From Pedosphaera parvula Ellin514 (lineage in GTDB: Bacteria > Verrucomicrobiota > Verrucomicrobiia > Limisphaerales > JADJPG01), in contig CALQPR010000021.1 of assembly GCA_943332515.1 (NCBI GenBank), positions 9,737 through 73,736 on the forward strand: a stretch of DNA of 64,000 nucleotides, in the 5' to 3' direction. Position numbers and translations under genes: made by a program. This document shows positions 8,906 to 17,738 of the stretch, one piece after another. Numbering within the stretch: position 1 is the stretch's first letter; each line of letters starts with the position of its first letter. The notes under the pieces were generated by a model that saw nothing but the letters and a program-made list of their open reading frames with translations, had not been told where the DNA came from and made no database searches.

Positions 8906-10288
8906 ATGAAAAAAATATTGATCGTCGAGGATGACCAGTTGGTCGCCACCGCATACAGAAAGCGGTTTGGTGAGGCCGGATACATTGTCGAATGGGCACC
9001 GGACGGACTGGAGGGCATCAAGATGGTCAGCACGATCAAGCCGGACGTGGTGCTGCTCGACCTGCTGATGCCGCGACTGGATGGCATCGAGGTTTTGAAG
9101 TACATCCGCACGCATCCTGATCTGAAGAATCTTCCAGTGGTCGTGTTCTCCAATTCCTACATGACGAACCTGGTCGAGAGTGCATGGCGCAATGGTGCCG
9201 ACCAGTGCTTGATGAAAGCGAGCACGACGACTGCCCAGCTTTTCGATGCGGTGGGGAAGGCGATGCAAAAGGCGGAAGCACGGATGTCGGGTGCGACGAC
9301 GAATGCCGTATCTGTTGGAACGATCACGCCATTGGCCCGGCCTGCCACAGGAATGGCACCTGCGTTGCCGATGCCACAGCAAGCCCCGACGGCTCCGCGG
9401 CTGGCTGCCTCGTCGTTCAATGCCCCGATTTCTCCGCTTCCCCTCCGGCAATCCGTGGCACCGGGATTTGGGGCGACTGTGGCTTCAAGCCCGCCGGCAA
9501 CGGTTCCTGAGCGCGCTGTTCCTGCGCCCATGCCGCAAATGGACCCGGAGTTTCAGGCCCAGATTCGGCAGCTTTTTCTCAGCGGCGCGAGCGCAAAGCT
9601 GGCGTCGGTTGGCGACGCTGCTAACGCGTTCATTCAAGATCAGGGTTCGTCGATGCAGTTTCCGTTGCTTGTGGATCTGTTTCGCAAGGTTCACTCCCTG
9701 ACCGGAAACGCGGCAGTCGCCGGCTGTAGCGGCATTGCTCATTTCGCCAGCACGTTTGAGGCGTTCCTCCGGGAGTTGCAGCAGAAGCCGAAGTTCATCA
9801 ACGCTTCCTCGGCGCGCACCGTTCGAAGGTCTGTGGAGCTCATCGAGGCGTTGTTTGGGAATTCCGAGACGGAGGGTGGTGAGCGTGCGAAGCCGGCTCC
9901 GGTTCTCGTGGTGACGGGCGAGACGATGTCGAGCCAGACGATTTGCATGGCGCTGGAGAAGGCTGAGATCGAGTCGGTCATCGCCAATGATCCGGCGCAG
10001 GCGTTGAGCCTGGTGGCCTCCGGCAGCTACTCGTCCGTGGTGATGATGATCAATCTGCCGGGGATGAACGGCTTCGAGCTGTGTGCGCAGCTCCAGACAC
10101 AGGCGGCGTTCGGCCGGACGCCGGTGTTGTTCATCAGCGAGCTGAAAGATTTCGAAGCGCATTCGAACCCGGAGATCCTCGGCGAGAATGAGGTGATGGC
10201 GTCGCCGTATCTGCTGATTGAGCTGACCTTGAAGGCGCTGACCCAGGTGGAAGCGGTGCGGTTGCAGCGTTACTCGGCCGCGGCTTGA
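8906..10288 (+). CDS. Response regulator with REC, Pro/Ala-rich linker, HPt-like domain and a degenerate C-terminal receiver
   Basis: ORF 8369..10288. The ATG at 8906 gives MKKILIVEDDQLVA...DVVLLDLLMPRLDG, a canonical receiver. The HPt-like motif is FRKVHSLTGNAAVAG. The C-terminal receiver-like fold has VVMMINLPGMNG, with Asn where the phospho-Asp is expected. Confidence 0.8.
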   Translation: MKKILIVEDDQLVATAYRKRFGEAGYIVEWAPDGLEGIKMVSTIKPDVVLLDLLMPRLDGIEVLKYIRTHPDLKNLPVVVFSNSYMTNLVESAWRNGADQCLMKASTTTAQLFDAVGKAMQKAEARMSGATTNAVSVGTITPLARPATGMAPALPMPQQAPTAPRLAASSFNAPISPLPLRQSVAPGFGATVASSPPATVPERAVPAPMPQMDPEFQAQIRQLFLSGASAKLASVGDAANAFIQDQGSSMQFPLLVDLFRKVHSLTGNAAVAGCSGIAHFASTFEAFLRELQQKPKFINASSARTVRRSVELIEALFGNSETEGGERAKPAPVLVVTGETMSSQTICMALEKAEIESVIANDPAQALSLVASGSYSSVVMMINLPGMNGFELCAQLQTQAAFGRTPVLFISELKDFEAHSNPEILGENEVMASPYLLIELTLKALTQVEAVRLQRYSAAA

Positions 10289-11385
10289 TCCGTTGCGATG
10301 GCGAGCGCGGTTAATCGGGCGCGTCGCGCGGGCTTGTCCAGTTTCCTCAACGACTCGATGGCGAGGTAGAACGCTTCCAAGTTTCCCGCTTTCTCACGCA
10401 ACACAGCCCGAAACGCCGGGACTAGTTGGTGATAGGTATCCACCGTGTTGAGCTGGGCGTTGTTCAAGCTGCGCCGAAACCATTCGTCGTAGGCTGTGCT
10501 GCCTCCCCACTTCGTCTTCAGTTGCTCGTATCCTTCACGCAATTCGCGGAGAGCCTTCTGTTTCCCGGTTCGCAGCGTGACTGACTGAGCCATGACGTCA
10601 GCACTGGGAGCACTGGGAGCGTTGGTGTAGAGCAGGGCGAGTTGCTGGCGGGCGTTGGTGACGAGATTGACGAATTGTTCCGTCCGGCGCGCTTGAACAC
10701 GATACTTCTCCAAGGCCGCGACATCGTGGCGGGTTTCCATCCAGCGTCGGGTGCCTTCCTCGGCAACCGCCGTGGCGAAGGCTTCGTTGAAATCGGTGTC
10801 GCCGGGAAGGAACAGGCGTTGATGCGCGAGCTCATGAAAGAGAAGCTCGGCGAGGTCCGCATCGCTCTCGTGGATGAAGGTGTTAAGAACGGGATCGTGA
10901 AACCAGCCGAGTGTTGAGTAAGCGGTGACGCCGCCGACGTAAGCATCCAAACCTTTTCGCTCCAGAACAGCGGCGTAGTCTCTCGCCTTCCGTTCCGAAA
11001 AATAGCCGCGATAGTCCAGGCTCCCGACCACTGGATACCACCATGATTTCGGCGTGAGCGAAAATTCGGGCGCGGCATAGACGTTCCACACCACGAAGCG
11101 GCGCTCCAAGTCCGCGTAGCGAAGGTAGTGTCCGTTGGCGGGCAGATGCAGCTCCTTCTCCGCGAACTCCCGCAGGCTGAGGACGAGAGTGAGTCGTTCC
11201 TTGAGCGGTGCGGGAGTGGCTGGCGATTCAAGGAGAGCAGCGATCGATTTCTGGCGGGTCCAGAGTTCATGCTGGCCGCGAATCGCCTGGCCGTAGTACC
11301 CGACGGTATTGCAGCCACAGGCTAGTCCCATGAGGGCGATGACGGCAACGAGATGCAGCAGAGGCGGAGTGGCAACTGCGAACAT
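10270..11385 (-). CDS. Putative zinc aminopeptidase lipoprotein (predicted-aminopeptidase / DUF2265-like family)
   Basis: Lipobox-like LMGLACGCN. The motif FHELAHQ sits in the context STLGWFHDPVLNTF...FNEAFATAV, as in the predicted-aminopeptidase family. Confidence 0.7.
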   Translation of the reverse strand: MFAVATPPLLHLVAVIALMGLACGCNTVGYYGQAIRGQHELWTRQKSIAALLESPATPAPLKERLTLVLSLREFAEKELHLPANGHYLRYADLERRFVVWNVYAAPEFSLTPKSWWYPVVGSLDYRGYFSERKARDYAAVLERKGLDAYVGGVTAYSTLGWFHDPVLNTFIHESDADLAELLFHELAHQRLFLPGDTDFNEAFATAVAEEGTRRWMETRHDVAALEKYRVQARRTEQFVNLVTNARQQLALLYTNAPSAPSADVMAQSVTLRTGKQKALRELREGYEQLKTKWGGSTAYDEWFRRSLNNAQLNTVDTYHQLVPAFRAVLREKAGNLEAFYLAIESLRKLDKPARRARLTALAIATDQAAAE

Positions 11386-11399
11386 CGGGCGTCTCGCGC

Positions 11400-11888
11400 T
11401 TAGAGGCCGAGCTTGCTGAGTTCGACTTCGAGCCCTTGCTGGAAGGATTGCAGATCAGCGGGCGACGGCTTGTAGCCCTGCTGCTTGGGCGCCAGGCCGA
11501 GGCGTCCCATCTGGTCCATGTACCACGCGGCGGATTGTCCGTCGCTGAACTGAACATTCCCGCTGATGAGGGTGCCAGGTCGTGCGAGGGAATCGACGGT
11601 CAGCGATACGCTGCCGGAGCCAGCTAGGGGGGCGGGGACGTTCGGGTCGTCGGCTCCGGTGGGCTTCTCTTCAGCGGATGGCGCTTCCAGGGGCGGGACC
11701 GGCTTGTCCACTTTCGGCGGCACCGGATCCTTCGGCATCAATTTCAGATCATCGACGAGCATCCGGACTTCCATGTAAGTGAGGTTGACGCCGAGCTCCG
11801 TGCCCATGCGCTTCTGGATGTCGGCGAGTTTCAGGCCGTCTGTGATCCAGGCTGACACCGTCTTCTTCTGTGATTCGTCCAAGTTCAT
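11400..11888 (-). CDS. Hypothetical protein
   Basis: ORF 11400..12044. The ATG at 11888 (MNLDESQKKTVSAWITDG) avoids overlap with the upstream gene that ends at 11998. It has a Pro-rich middle section. I recognised no family. Confidence 0.5.
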   Translation of the reverse strand: MNLDESQKKTVSAWITDGLKLADIQKRMGTELGVNLTYMEVRMLVDDLKLMPKDPVPPKVDKPVPPLEAPSAEEKPTGADDPNVPAPLAGSGSVSLTVDSLARPGTLISGNVQFSDGQSAAWYMDQMGRLGLAPKQQGYKPSPADLQSFQQGLEVELSKLGL

Positions 11889-11997
11889 AATTCGTTGGGC
11901 ACCATTTGGAGGGGAGAACGGTCGCGATTCAATGGAATTTCTACGCGGCGGACCGATTTGCGCGGGGAGGCGGGAGGTGGTTGGGCTAAATCCTGTG

Positions 11998-12690
11998 CTA
12001 CATCCCGTTGGCGAGGCGATGGATGGCGCGGCAGAGATCGTCAACGGTGTTGGGCTTGTAAACGACGTGTCGAACGCCAGCGAGTTGCGCCTGTCTGGTC
12101 AGGGTGCCGGAGACTTCACCTGAGGCGAGAATGATGGGTATCTCGGGACGGATGGCCAGGAGTTGTGCGGCGATCTCCAGTCCTGAGGAATTGGGCAGAT
12201 TGAAATCGGTGACGACCAGGTCGTATTGCATCGGGTCCGCTTGAAACGCGGAGAGCGCCTTGTCAGCGTGCGTAAACCCGGTCACGCGATAGCCGAGGCG
12301 CTTGAGCAAATTGGTCGCAAGAAAGACGAGCGGTTCTTCGTCATCGAGGTAGAGGATGTGCTGGCCATTGCCACGATCGGGAGGAGGGCTGGCTGGAGCC
12401 GAAACGGATGGGCTGGCGGAGGAATCAAGCGGAGCACCAGCGATAGCCAAAAGTTCGGTCACCAGATTCTTTGCCCGCTCGGTGGCTTTCCGAATCTCAC
12501 CCACACTCTCGGTTGCCGGGTGGCTGGGATCGAGGTCCATGCGGACCAATTCGAGGTTCCCCATGATCGTCCCCAGCGTGTTGTTAAAGTCGTGCGCAAT
12601 TCGCCGGGCGGAATCGCGCAGGGAAGCCGCCGTCGCTCCGGATTCCAGTTCGGAACCGCTGCCTGAAGTCTCGTTCGATGGCTTGCTCAT
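11998..12690 (-). CDS. HisKA (DHp) phosphoacceptor domain fused directly to a receiver domain, with no ATPase domain
   Basis: ORF 11998..12849. The ATG at 12690 gives MSKPSNE. The H-box is RRIAHDFNNTLGTIMGNLEL. About 60 aa later a canonical REC follows (HILYLDDEEP...YDLVVTDFNLPNSSG...VVYKP). There is no room for an HATPase_c domain. Confidence 0.75.
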   Translation of the reverse strand: MSKPSNETSGSGSELESGATAASLRDSARRIAHDFNNTLGTIMGNLELVRMDLDPSHPATESVGEIRKATERAKNLVTELLAIAGAPLDSSASPSVSAPASPPPDRGNGQHILYLDDEEPLVFLATNLLKRLGYRVTGFTHADKALSAFQADPMQYDLVVTDFNLPNSSGLEIAAQLLAIRPEIPIILASGEVSGTLTRQAQLAGVRHVVYKPNTVDDLCRAIHRLANGM

Positions 12691-12970
12691 GCGGCTCGAG
12701 TGACGTTTGAAAGAGATCCGTTGGCGTGTCGGGCGAGGGAGTCGCGGCTGCGATCCGGTTGAGGGGTGGATGAAATGATCGGAAACAGTTGAGGGGCTCT
12801 CTCCTGCCGATTGAACGACGACCCAAGAGCGAAACTCACAACTCCCCACGAATGGATTTCACAACTCATGCACGACCTGCTGGAGGACTCTAGTGTGGCT
12901 CTGTTTGCATCTGCCAGTCTATTTTGAGTGGCTGAAGAAGGGGGAGCTGTTCGCGAACAGGTGACGGGCA

Positions 12971-13000
12971 AGAAAAAGGACGAGGGGATCGCCCTCGTCC
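12971..13000 (-). terminator. Rho-independent terminator downstream of the FKBP gene
   Basis: On the minus strand, GGACGAGGG-cgatc-CCCTCGTCC is followed by TTTTTCTT. It starts 28 nt after the stop codon. Confidence 0.65.
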
Positions 13001-13027
13001 TTGCGAAAAAGAAATGACTGGCTGGCT

Positions 13028-13765
13028 TTACTTAGCCTTGGGGGTCGGGATGGCCTGCGGCTGGATCTGGATCGGCTTGGAGACGGCTCCGGCTTCTGAA
13101 GGATCCTTGATGGAGACCAGCTCAATGTCGAACAGGAGCGCGGAGTTCGGAGGGATTCCGGGGCGCCCACGTTCGCCGTAAGCGAGGTCGGAGGGGATGG
13201 TCAGTTTCCACTTCGAGCCGACCGGCATCATGAGCAGCGCTTCGGTCCACCCCTTGATGACTCCGGTAACGCCAAACGAGGACGGCTCGCTGCGCTTGTA
13301 GGAGCTGTCGAACTCAGTGCCATCGATCAATGTGCCGCGGTAGTGACAGACGACCGTGTCGTTGGTGGTGGGAATCTTGCCGGCGCCCTTCGTTTCAATT
13401 TTGTATTGCAGGCCGCTGGCGGTGGCGACGACGCCTTCCTTGCCTTTGTTCGCCGCCAGGAACGATTCACCGTCCTTGCGGTTCTTGTCGAGGGTCTTGC
13501 TGCGTAACTCGGTCTGGAACGCCATCAAGGTCTCCCGAACCTGCTCATCCGTCATGAGAAGCTTGCCTCCACTGAGCGCGTCCTTGAGCGCTTTCATGTA
13601 GGTCTCTGTGTTGATCTCGGCCCCGTTTTGGCGGAGCTGCTTGCCGATGTTCAAGCCCAGCGCGTAGCTGGCTTTGTCGGTCGAGTTCTTGAAGGGGCTC
13701 TCTTCCGCCGCCGTGAGGCTGAAAGCGAGGCTGAGGCCCAATAGGGCGGCCAGTGCTGATTTCAT
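13028..13765 (-). CDS. FKBP-type peptidyl-prolyl cis-trans isomerase (FkpA/Mip-like), secreted
   Basis: ORF 13028..13807. The ATG at 13765 gives the signal peptide MKSALAALLGLSLAFSLTAAEE. The C-terminal FKBP domain has VVCHYRGTLIDGTEFDSS...GVIKGWTEAL..MPVGSKWKLTIPSDLAYGERG...LLFDIELV. Confidence 0.85.
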   Translation of the reverse strand: MKSALAALLGLSLAFSLTAAEESPFKNSTDKASYALGLNIGKQLRQNGAEINTETYMKALKDALSGGKLLMTDEQVRETLMAFQTELRSKTLDKNRKDGESFLAANKGKEGVVATASGLQYKIETKGAGKIPTTNDTVVCHYRGTLIDGTEFDSSYKRSEPSSFGVTGVIKGWTEALLMMPVGSKWKLTIPSDLAYGERGRPGIPPNSALLFDIELVSIKDPSEAGAVSKPIQIQPQAIPTPKAK

Positions 13766-13920
13766 TTCGTATTCTTTCTTCGGTTGCCGCAAGCGCTCAG
13801 GAAACATTCCAACGCGCCCAAACGGCGGTTAACATTGTGACCGCGAGACAGTAGCGGCCACCCTTTCATCGTCAAGGGCAACAACGGCTGAAGCACGGTC
13901 TTTGGTTCGGACGAATGTCG

Positions 13921-14556
13921 TCAGCGATTCGGCTGCGGGGTGAAGCGCAGGTAAGGCTTCACGGTGCGGGAACCCTTGGGGAAGAGGCCCGGAACGTCCG
14001 CGTCTTTTACGGCCGTCACGATGATGCAATCCTGCCCGTCCTCCCAGTTCGCCGGGGTGGCGACCTTGAACTTCGCGGTCAGCTGGAGCGAATCGATCAC
14101 CCGCAGCAGTTCGAGGAAGTTCCGGCCGGTGGAGGCAGGGTAGGTAAGCGTCAGCTTGATCTTCTTGTCGGGGCCGATGATGAACACGCTCCGCACCGTC
14201 GCCGTGTCGTCGGCGTTCGGGTGGATCATGTCGTAGAGATTTGCCACGTTGCGAGTCGGGTCTGCGATGATCGGGAAGTTCATCTTCGTCCCCTGCGTCT
14301 CGTTGATGTCGCAGATCCAGCCATGATGGTCGTCGATCGGGTCAATGCTGACGGCGATGACCTTGACTCCGCGCTGGTCGAACTCAGCCTTCATCTTCGA
14401 CGCGGTGCCCAGTTCCGTCGTGCAGACCGGCGTGTAGTCGCGAGGATGGGAGAACAGGATTCCCCAGCCGTTGCCAAGCCACTGGTGAAAGTCGATTTCG
14501 CCCTCGGTGGTTTGGGCGGTGAAATTTGGTGCGAGGTCGCCAAGACGGATTGCCAT
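13921..14556 (-). CDS. 1-Cys peroxiredoxin (Prx6-type)
   Basis: The sequence MAIRLGDLAPNFTAQTTEGEIDFHQWLGNGWGILFSHPRDYTPVCTTELG contains the PVCTTE peroxidatic-Cys motif. The 211-aa length fits. Confidence 0.9.
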   Translation of the reverse strand: MAIRLGDLAPNFTAQTTEGEIDFHQWLGNGWGILFSHPRDYTPVCTTELGTASKMKAEFDQRGVKVIAVSIDPIDDHHGWICDINETQGTKMNFPIIADPTRNVANLYDMIHPNADDTATVRSVFIIGPDKKIKLTLTYPASTGRNFLELLRVIDSLQLTAKFKVATPANWEDGQDCIIVTAVKDADVPGLFPKGSRTVKPYLRFTPQPNR

Positions 14557-14734
14557 AAAAAAGTTCTATGTTGTCGGTTTATCTGGTTCTCCGCTCCGGC
14601 CTGTGGGCCGGGCGAAAGAGGCGCAAAGATTACAGGATGCCGACGAAAGTCTGCAATAGTTTGATCGGGCCGCTCGCCCGCAGGTGAAACGCGTTTGAGT
14701 GATCTACGATTGTTGCCGAGTAAATAGGATAGAA

Positions 14735-15340
14735 ATGACCGAAGATGCTTTCAACCTGGCCGCGCCGAACTCTGGGCGCCCGAGCGAACCGGAGACGACG
14801 ATCCTGCATTTCGACAAGCTGGTTTCGACAGGGGCGGAAGGACCAAACTCCGACACGAGCGTGACGGCGTTCATTGCCAGGACGGCTGCCGAGACGGTGG
14901 CGCACAGTCCCAAGCCCGTCGTGGTTCCAAAGGACGGCGGATCCATTCCGGCCGGGTCAATGCTGGGCGTGGTGAGTTATTGCTATACGAAGGGCGTGTT
15001 TGCCGCGGATGACATTGGTCGGAAACTGGCCGGAGACCCGTCCATTCGTGTGGTCGCCGGCGATGACATTCCGCGGCCGGAGGACATCCGGCGTTTCCGG
15101 AAACTCAATCGAGAGGCGATTCAATCTACGGTCGAGAAGGCGCTCGCGTTCGCGCGGAAGAAGGTGGCGGAGACGTGGTCTCCGACGAATCCGTTTCGCG
15201 GGAGGGCGGGTGGCAATCCTCGGACGCCGGTCGATGCCGTGCCCGTGGATGGACGTCGGGAAGATACGCAGTGTTTTGTTCGCCGTGACGCTTCGGAGCG
15301 ATTGGACAAGGCATCCTTCATCGATGGTATGTCGATGTAG
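14735..15340 (+). CDS. Hypothetical protein with an IS5/IS1182-type transposase N-terminal (InsH_N/DUF772-like) segment and no DDE domain
   Basis: ORF 14699..15340 (GTG); ATG at 14735. The segment MLGVVSYCYTKGVFAADDIGRKLAGDPSIRVVAGDDIPRPEDIRRFRKLNREAI follows the LL..Y..g..S.r.i...l......g...P....i.RFR pattern. Confidence 0.5.
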   Translation: MTEDAFNLAAPNSGRPSEPETTILHFDKLVSTGAEGPNSDTSVTAFIARTAAETVAHSPKPVVVPKDGGSIPAGSMLGVVSYCYTKGVFAADDIGRKLAGDPSIRVVAGDDIPRPEDIRRFRKLNREAIQSTVEKALAFARKKVAETWSPTNPFRGRAGGNPRTPVDAVPVDGRREDTQCFVRRDASERLDKASFIDGMSM

Positions 15341-15427
15341 CGGGCTTCGGTGCCTGCCGTTTGGCTTGGGGGAAATTCCACTTTTCTTTCGGTGGTCGGC
15401 GACTAGGCTGACGCCCGCTTTTACCCT

Positions 15428-16831
15428 ATGGCGTTGAAATTTTTAAACACCCTGTCGCGCTCCGTCGAGGAGTTCGTGCCGCTCGATCCCACCAGCAACG
15501 TCGTGAAGATGTATTGCTGCGGGCCGACCGTTTATGACTTCGGCCACATCGGGAATTTTCGCACGTTCGTCTTCGCGGATCTCGTCCGGCGCTACCTCCA
15601 GTTTCGCGGCTACGAAGTCACGCACGTGATGAACATTACGGACGTGGAGGACAAGATCATCCGCCGCGTGCGCGAGACCGGCCTCGGCCTGCGCGAATAC
15701 GTCTCCCAGTTTGAGAACGCGTTCCTCGATGACTTGAAGACGCTCGGCTGCGTGCTCCCGCACCACCTGCCGCGCGCCACGGAATTCATCCCGGAGATGA
15801 TTCAACTGATCGACGCCTTGATGAAGCGCGGCATCGCGTATCAGGCGGCGGATGGCTCCATCTATTTCAGCATCGAGAAGTATCAGGGCTGCGGCTGCCG
15901 CTACGGGCAGTTGGTGAAGCTGAACTTCGACGAGATGCGCGCCGGCGAACGTGTGGCGAGCGACGAATACTCGAAGGATGCGCTGGCGGATTTTGCGTTG
16001 TGGAAGGCGCGTGTGCCGGACGATGGCGACGTGTTCTGGGCGAGTCCGTGGGGCGAGGGACGGCCGGGCTGGCACATCGAGTGTTCCGCCATGAGCATGA
16101 AGCTGCTCGGGCCGAGTTTCGATCTGCATCTCGGTGGCGAAGATCTGGCGTTCCCGCATCACGAGGACGAGATCGCGCAGAGCGAAGGCGCGACGGGAAA
16201 ACCGTTCGTGAAGTACTGGCTGCACGGCGCGCATCTGCTCGTCGAGGGCAAGAAGATGAGCAAGTCCCTCGGGAACTTCTTCAAGCTGCGCGACCTGACT
16301 GGCAAGGGCTACGGCGGACGCGAGATCCGTTACCTGCTCATCTCGGCGCACTATCGCGAGACGTTTAACTTCACGCTCGACGGCTTGGATGGAGCACGCG
16401 TTGCGCTGGGTCGCTTGGATGAATGCCTGGGCAAACTTCAGGAGCTGGCGGGGGCGACGAAGGCGGCTCCCGATTCGCGCTTGCTGAATGACTTCACCGC
16501 CGCGCTGGATGACGACCTGAATGTCGCCTCGGCGTGGGGAACGGTCTTCGAGTGGGTGCGAGAGACGAACCGGCTGCTGGCGTCGAATCAACTCTCCGCC
16601 ACTCAGGCTGCGTCTGCGCTCGCGGCGTGGGAACAGTTGGATGCCGTGCTGGGCCTTGGACGCAAGGGCGAAGTCGAGGCGCCGCCGGAGGTTCAGGCAT
16701 TGCTGGAGGAACGACAGGCGGCTCGCAAGGCGAAGGATTTCAAACGCTCGGACGCCGTTCGCGATGAACTGAAGCTGAAGGGCTGGCTCATCGAAGACAC
16801 CGCCAAAGGTCCGCGTCTCAAGCGGGCTTAG
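15428..16831 (+). CDS. cysS: Cysteine--tRNA ligase
   Basis: It has CGPTVYDFGHIGNFRTF (HIGH-type motif), KMSKSLGN (KMSKS motif) and the Zn-binding context WHIECSAM. Length is 467 aa. Confidence 0.95.
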   Translation: MALKFLNTLSRSVEEFVPLDPTSNVVKMYCCGPTVYDFGHIGNFRTFVFADLVRRYLQFRGYEVTHVMNITDVEDKIIRRVRETGLGLREYVSQFENAFLDDLKTLGCVLPHHLPRATEFIPEMIQLIDALMKRGIAYQAADGSIYFSIEKYQGCGCRYGQLVKLNFDEMRAGERVASDEYSKDALADFALWKARVPDDGDVFWASPWGEGRPGWHIECSAMSMKLLGPSFDLHLGGEDLAFPHHEDEIAQSEGATGKPFVKYWLHGAHLLVEGKKMSKSLGNFFKLRDLTGKGYGGREIRYLLISAHYRETFNFTLDGLDGARVALGRLDECLGKLQELAGATKAAPDSRLLNDFTAALDDDLNVASAWGTVFEWVRETNRLLASNQLSATQAASALAAWEQLDAVLGLGRKGEVEAPPEVQALLEERQAARKAKDFKRSDAVRDELKLKGWLIEDTAKGPRLKRA

Positions 16832-16963
16832 CTTTGGAAAACGTTCGTTCCTTTAACGCACCGGCTGTCCAACACCTTTCGTGCAAGACCGTGTTCCGAC
16901 TCCTTGTAGTTGAGTGGTTGGAAGCAGTGGGGAGGTGGTGTTGGACTGGCCGGGTGTTACTGC

Positions 16964-17557
16964 TTACTCATTGATGCCCCATCGTGGAACGGGGCTCTTG
17001 TGATACAGCAGCCCATGCATGAGCGGCGCGATGGACGCCACTCGCTCTGGCGATGGAGCTAAGGACGATCGCACGCCGCCCATGGGCAATTCAAACCCGT
17101 GAAGGAAGAAATCCATCCCGCCGATGCGCGCTGCATTTCGTAAATACGCGAGAGCCGGCGCGGCGTCGCGCTCAGGCTGGGTGGTGTCCGCAATCATCAC
17201 GACGAGCGCAGCTTTGCGATGCTGCCGGCGGGCGATCCAATCTTCCATCCAAGTCTTCTGCGCGGGGGGGAGCTCGCCATGCGCGCGAATCGAGAGGATG
17301 ACCATGTTCGCATCGACCGCCGAATCGGCGGCTTCCTGTTGGAGGGCGGGATTGGCGAGATGGTCGAACTTCCACCAGGAGCAATGGAAGTCGTAATCAT
17401 CCAGCAGTTGTTGCGCGAGAGAATCGTACAGGTGGAGCGCGTGGTTTCGCGTTCCGGTGTCTTCATACGCGACGACGAGATCGAATGGGAATTTTGGATC
17501 CCAGATCGAGCTGGAAACTTTTTCAGCTGCGATAGAGTTTTTCATACGACGATCCAT
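16964..17557 (-). CDS. Hypothetical protein
   Basis: ORF 16964..18106 merges with the antisense of the next gene. The ATG at 17557 (MDRRMKNSIAAEK...) gives a 197-aa protein that clears the AraC gene ending at 17739. I recognised no family. Confidence 0.5.
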   Translation of the reverse strand: MDRRMKNSIAAEKVSSSIWDPKFPFDLVVAYEDTGTRNHALHLYDSLAQQLLDDYDFHCSWWKFDHLANPALQQEAADSAVDANMVILSIRAHGELPPAQKTWMEDWIARRQHRKAALVVMIADTTQPERDAAPALAYLRNAARIGGMDFFLHGFELPMGGVRSSLAPSPERVASIAPLMHGLLYHKSPVPRWGINE

Positions 17558-17738
17558 GTTGTTCTTTCGCCCGGAACGTTCCGTCCGCCGATCTGCGTTC
17601 CCGTCGATGCCAATCGACGATTCCAATGCAGGGGGGCGATGGTTTGTTAACCGGGCCCGGGAAGAGTCTCGAAAGAATGGCGGGATGAAGCAACGAGCGA
17701 GAATACGGATTCCCGCTCCGGCTGAATACGGACTGCCT

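Noticed and set aside
16861-16953. Long-range inverted repeat GTCCAACACC/GGTGTTGGAC between the convergent cysS and the hypothetical gene
   Set aside because: The loop is about 60 nt and no U-tract is present on either strand. This is too weak to call a bidirectional terminator.
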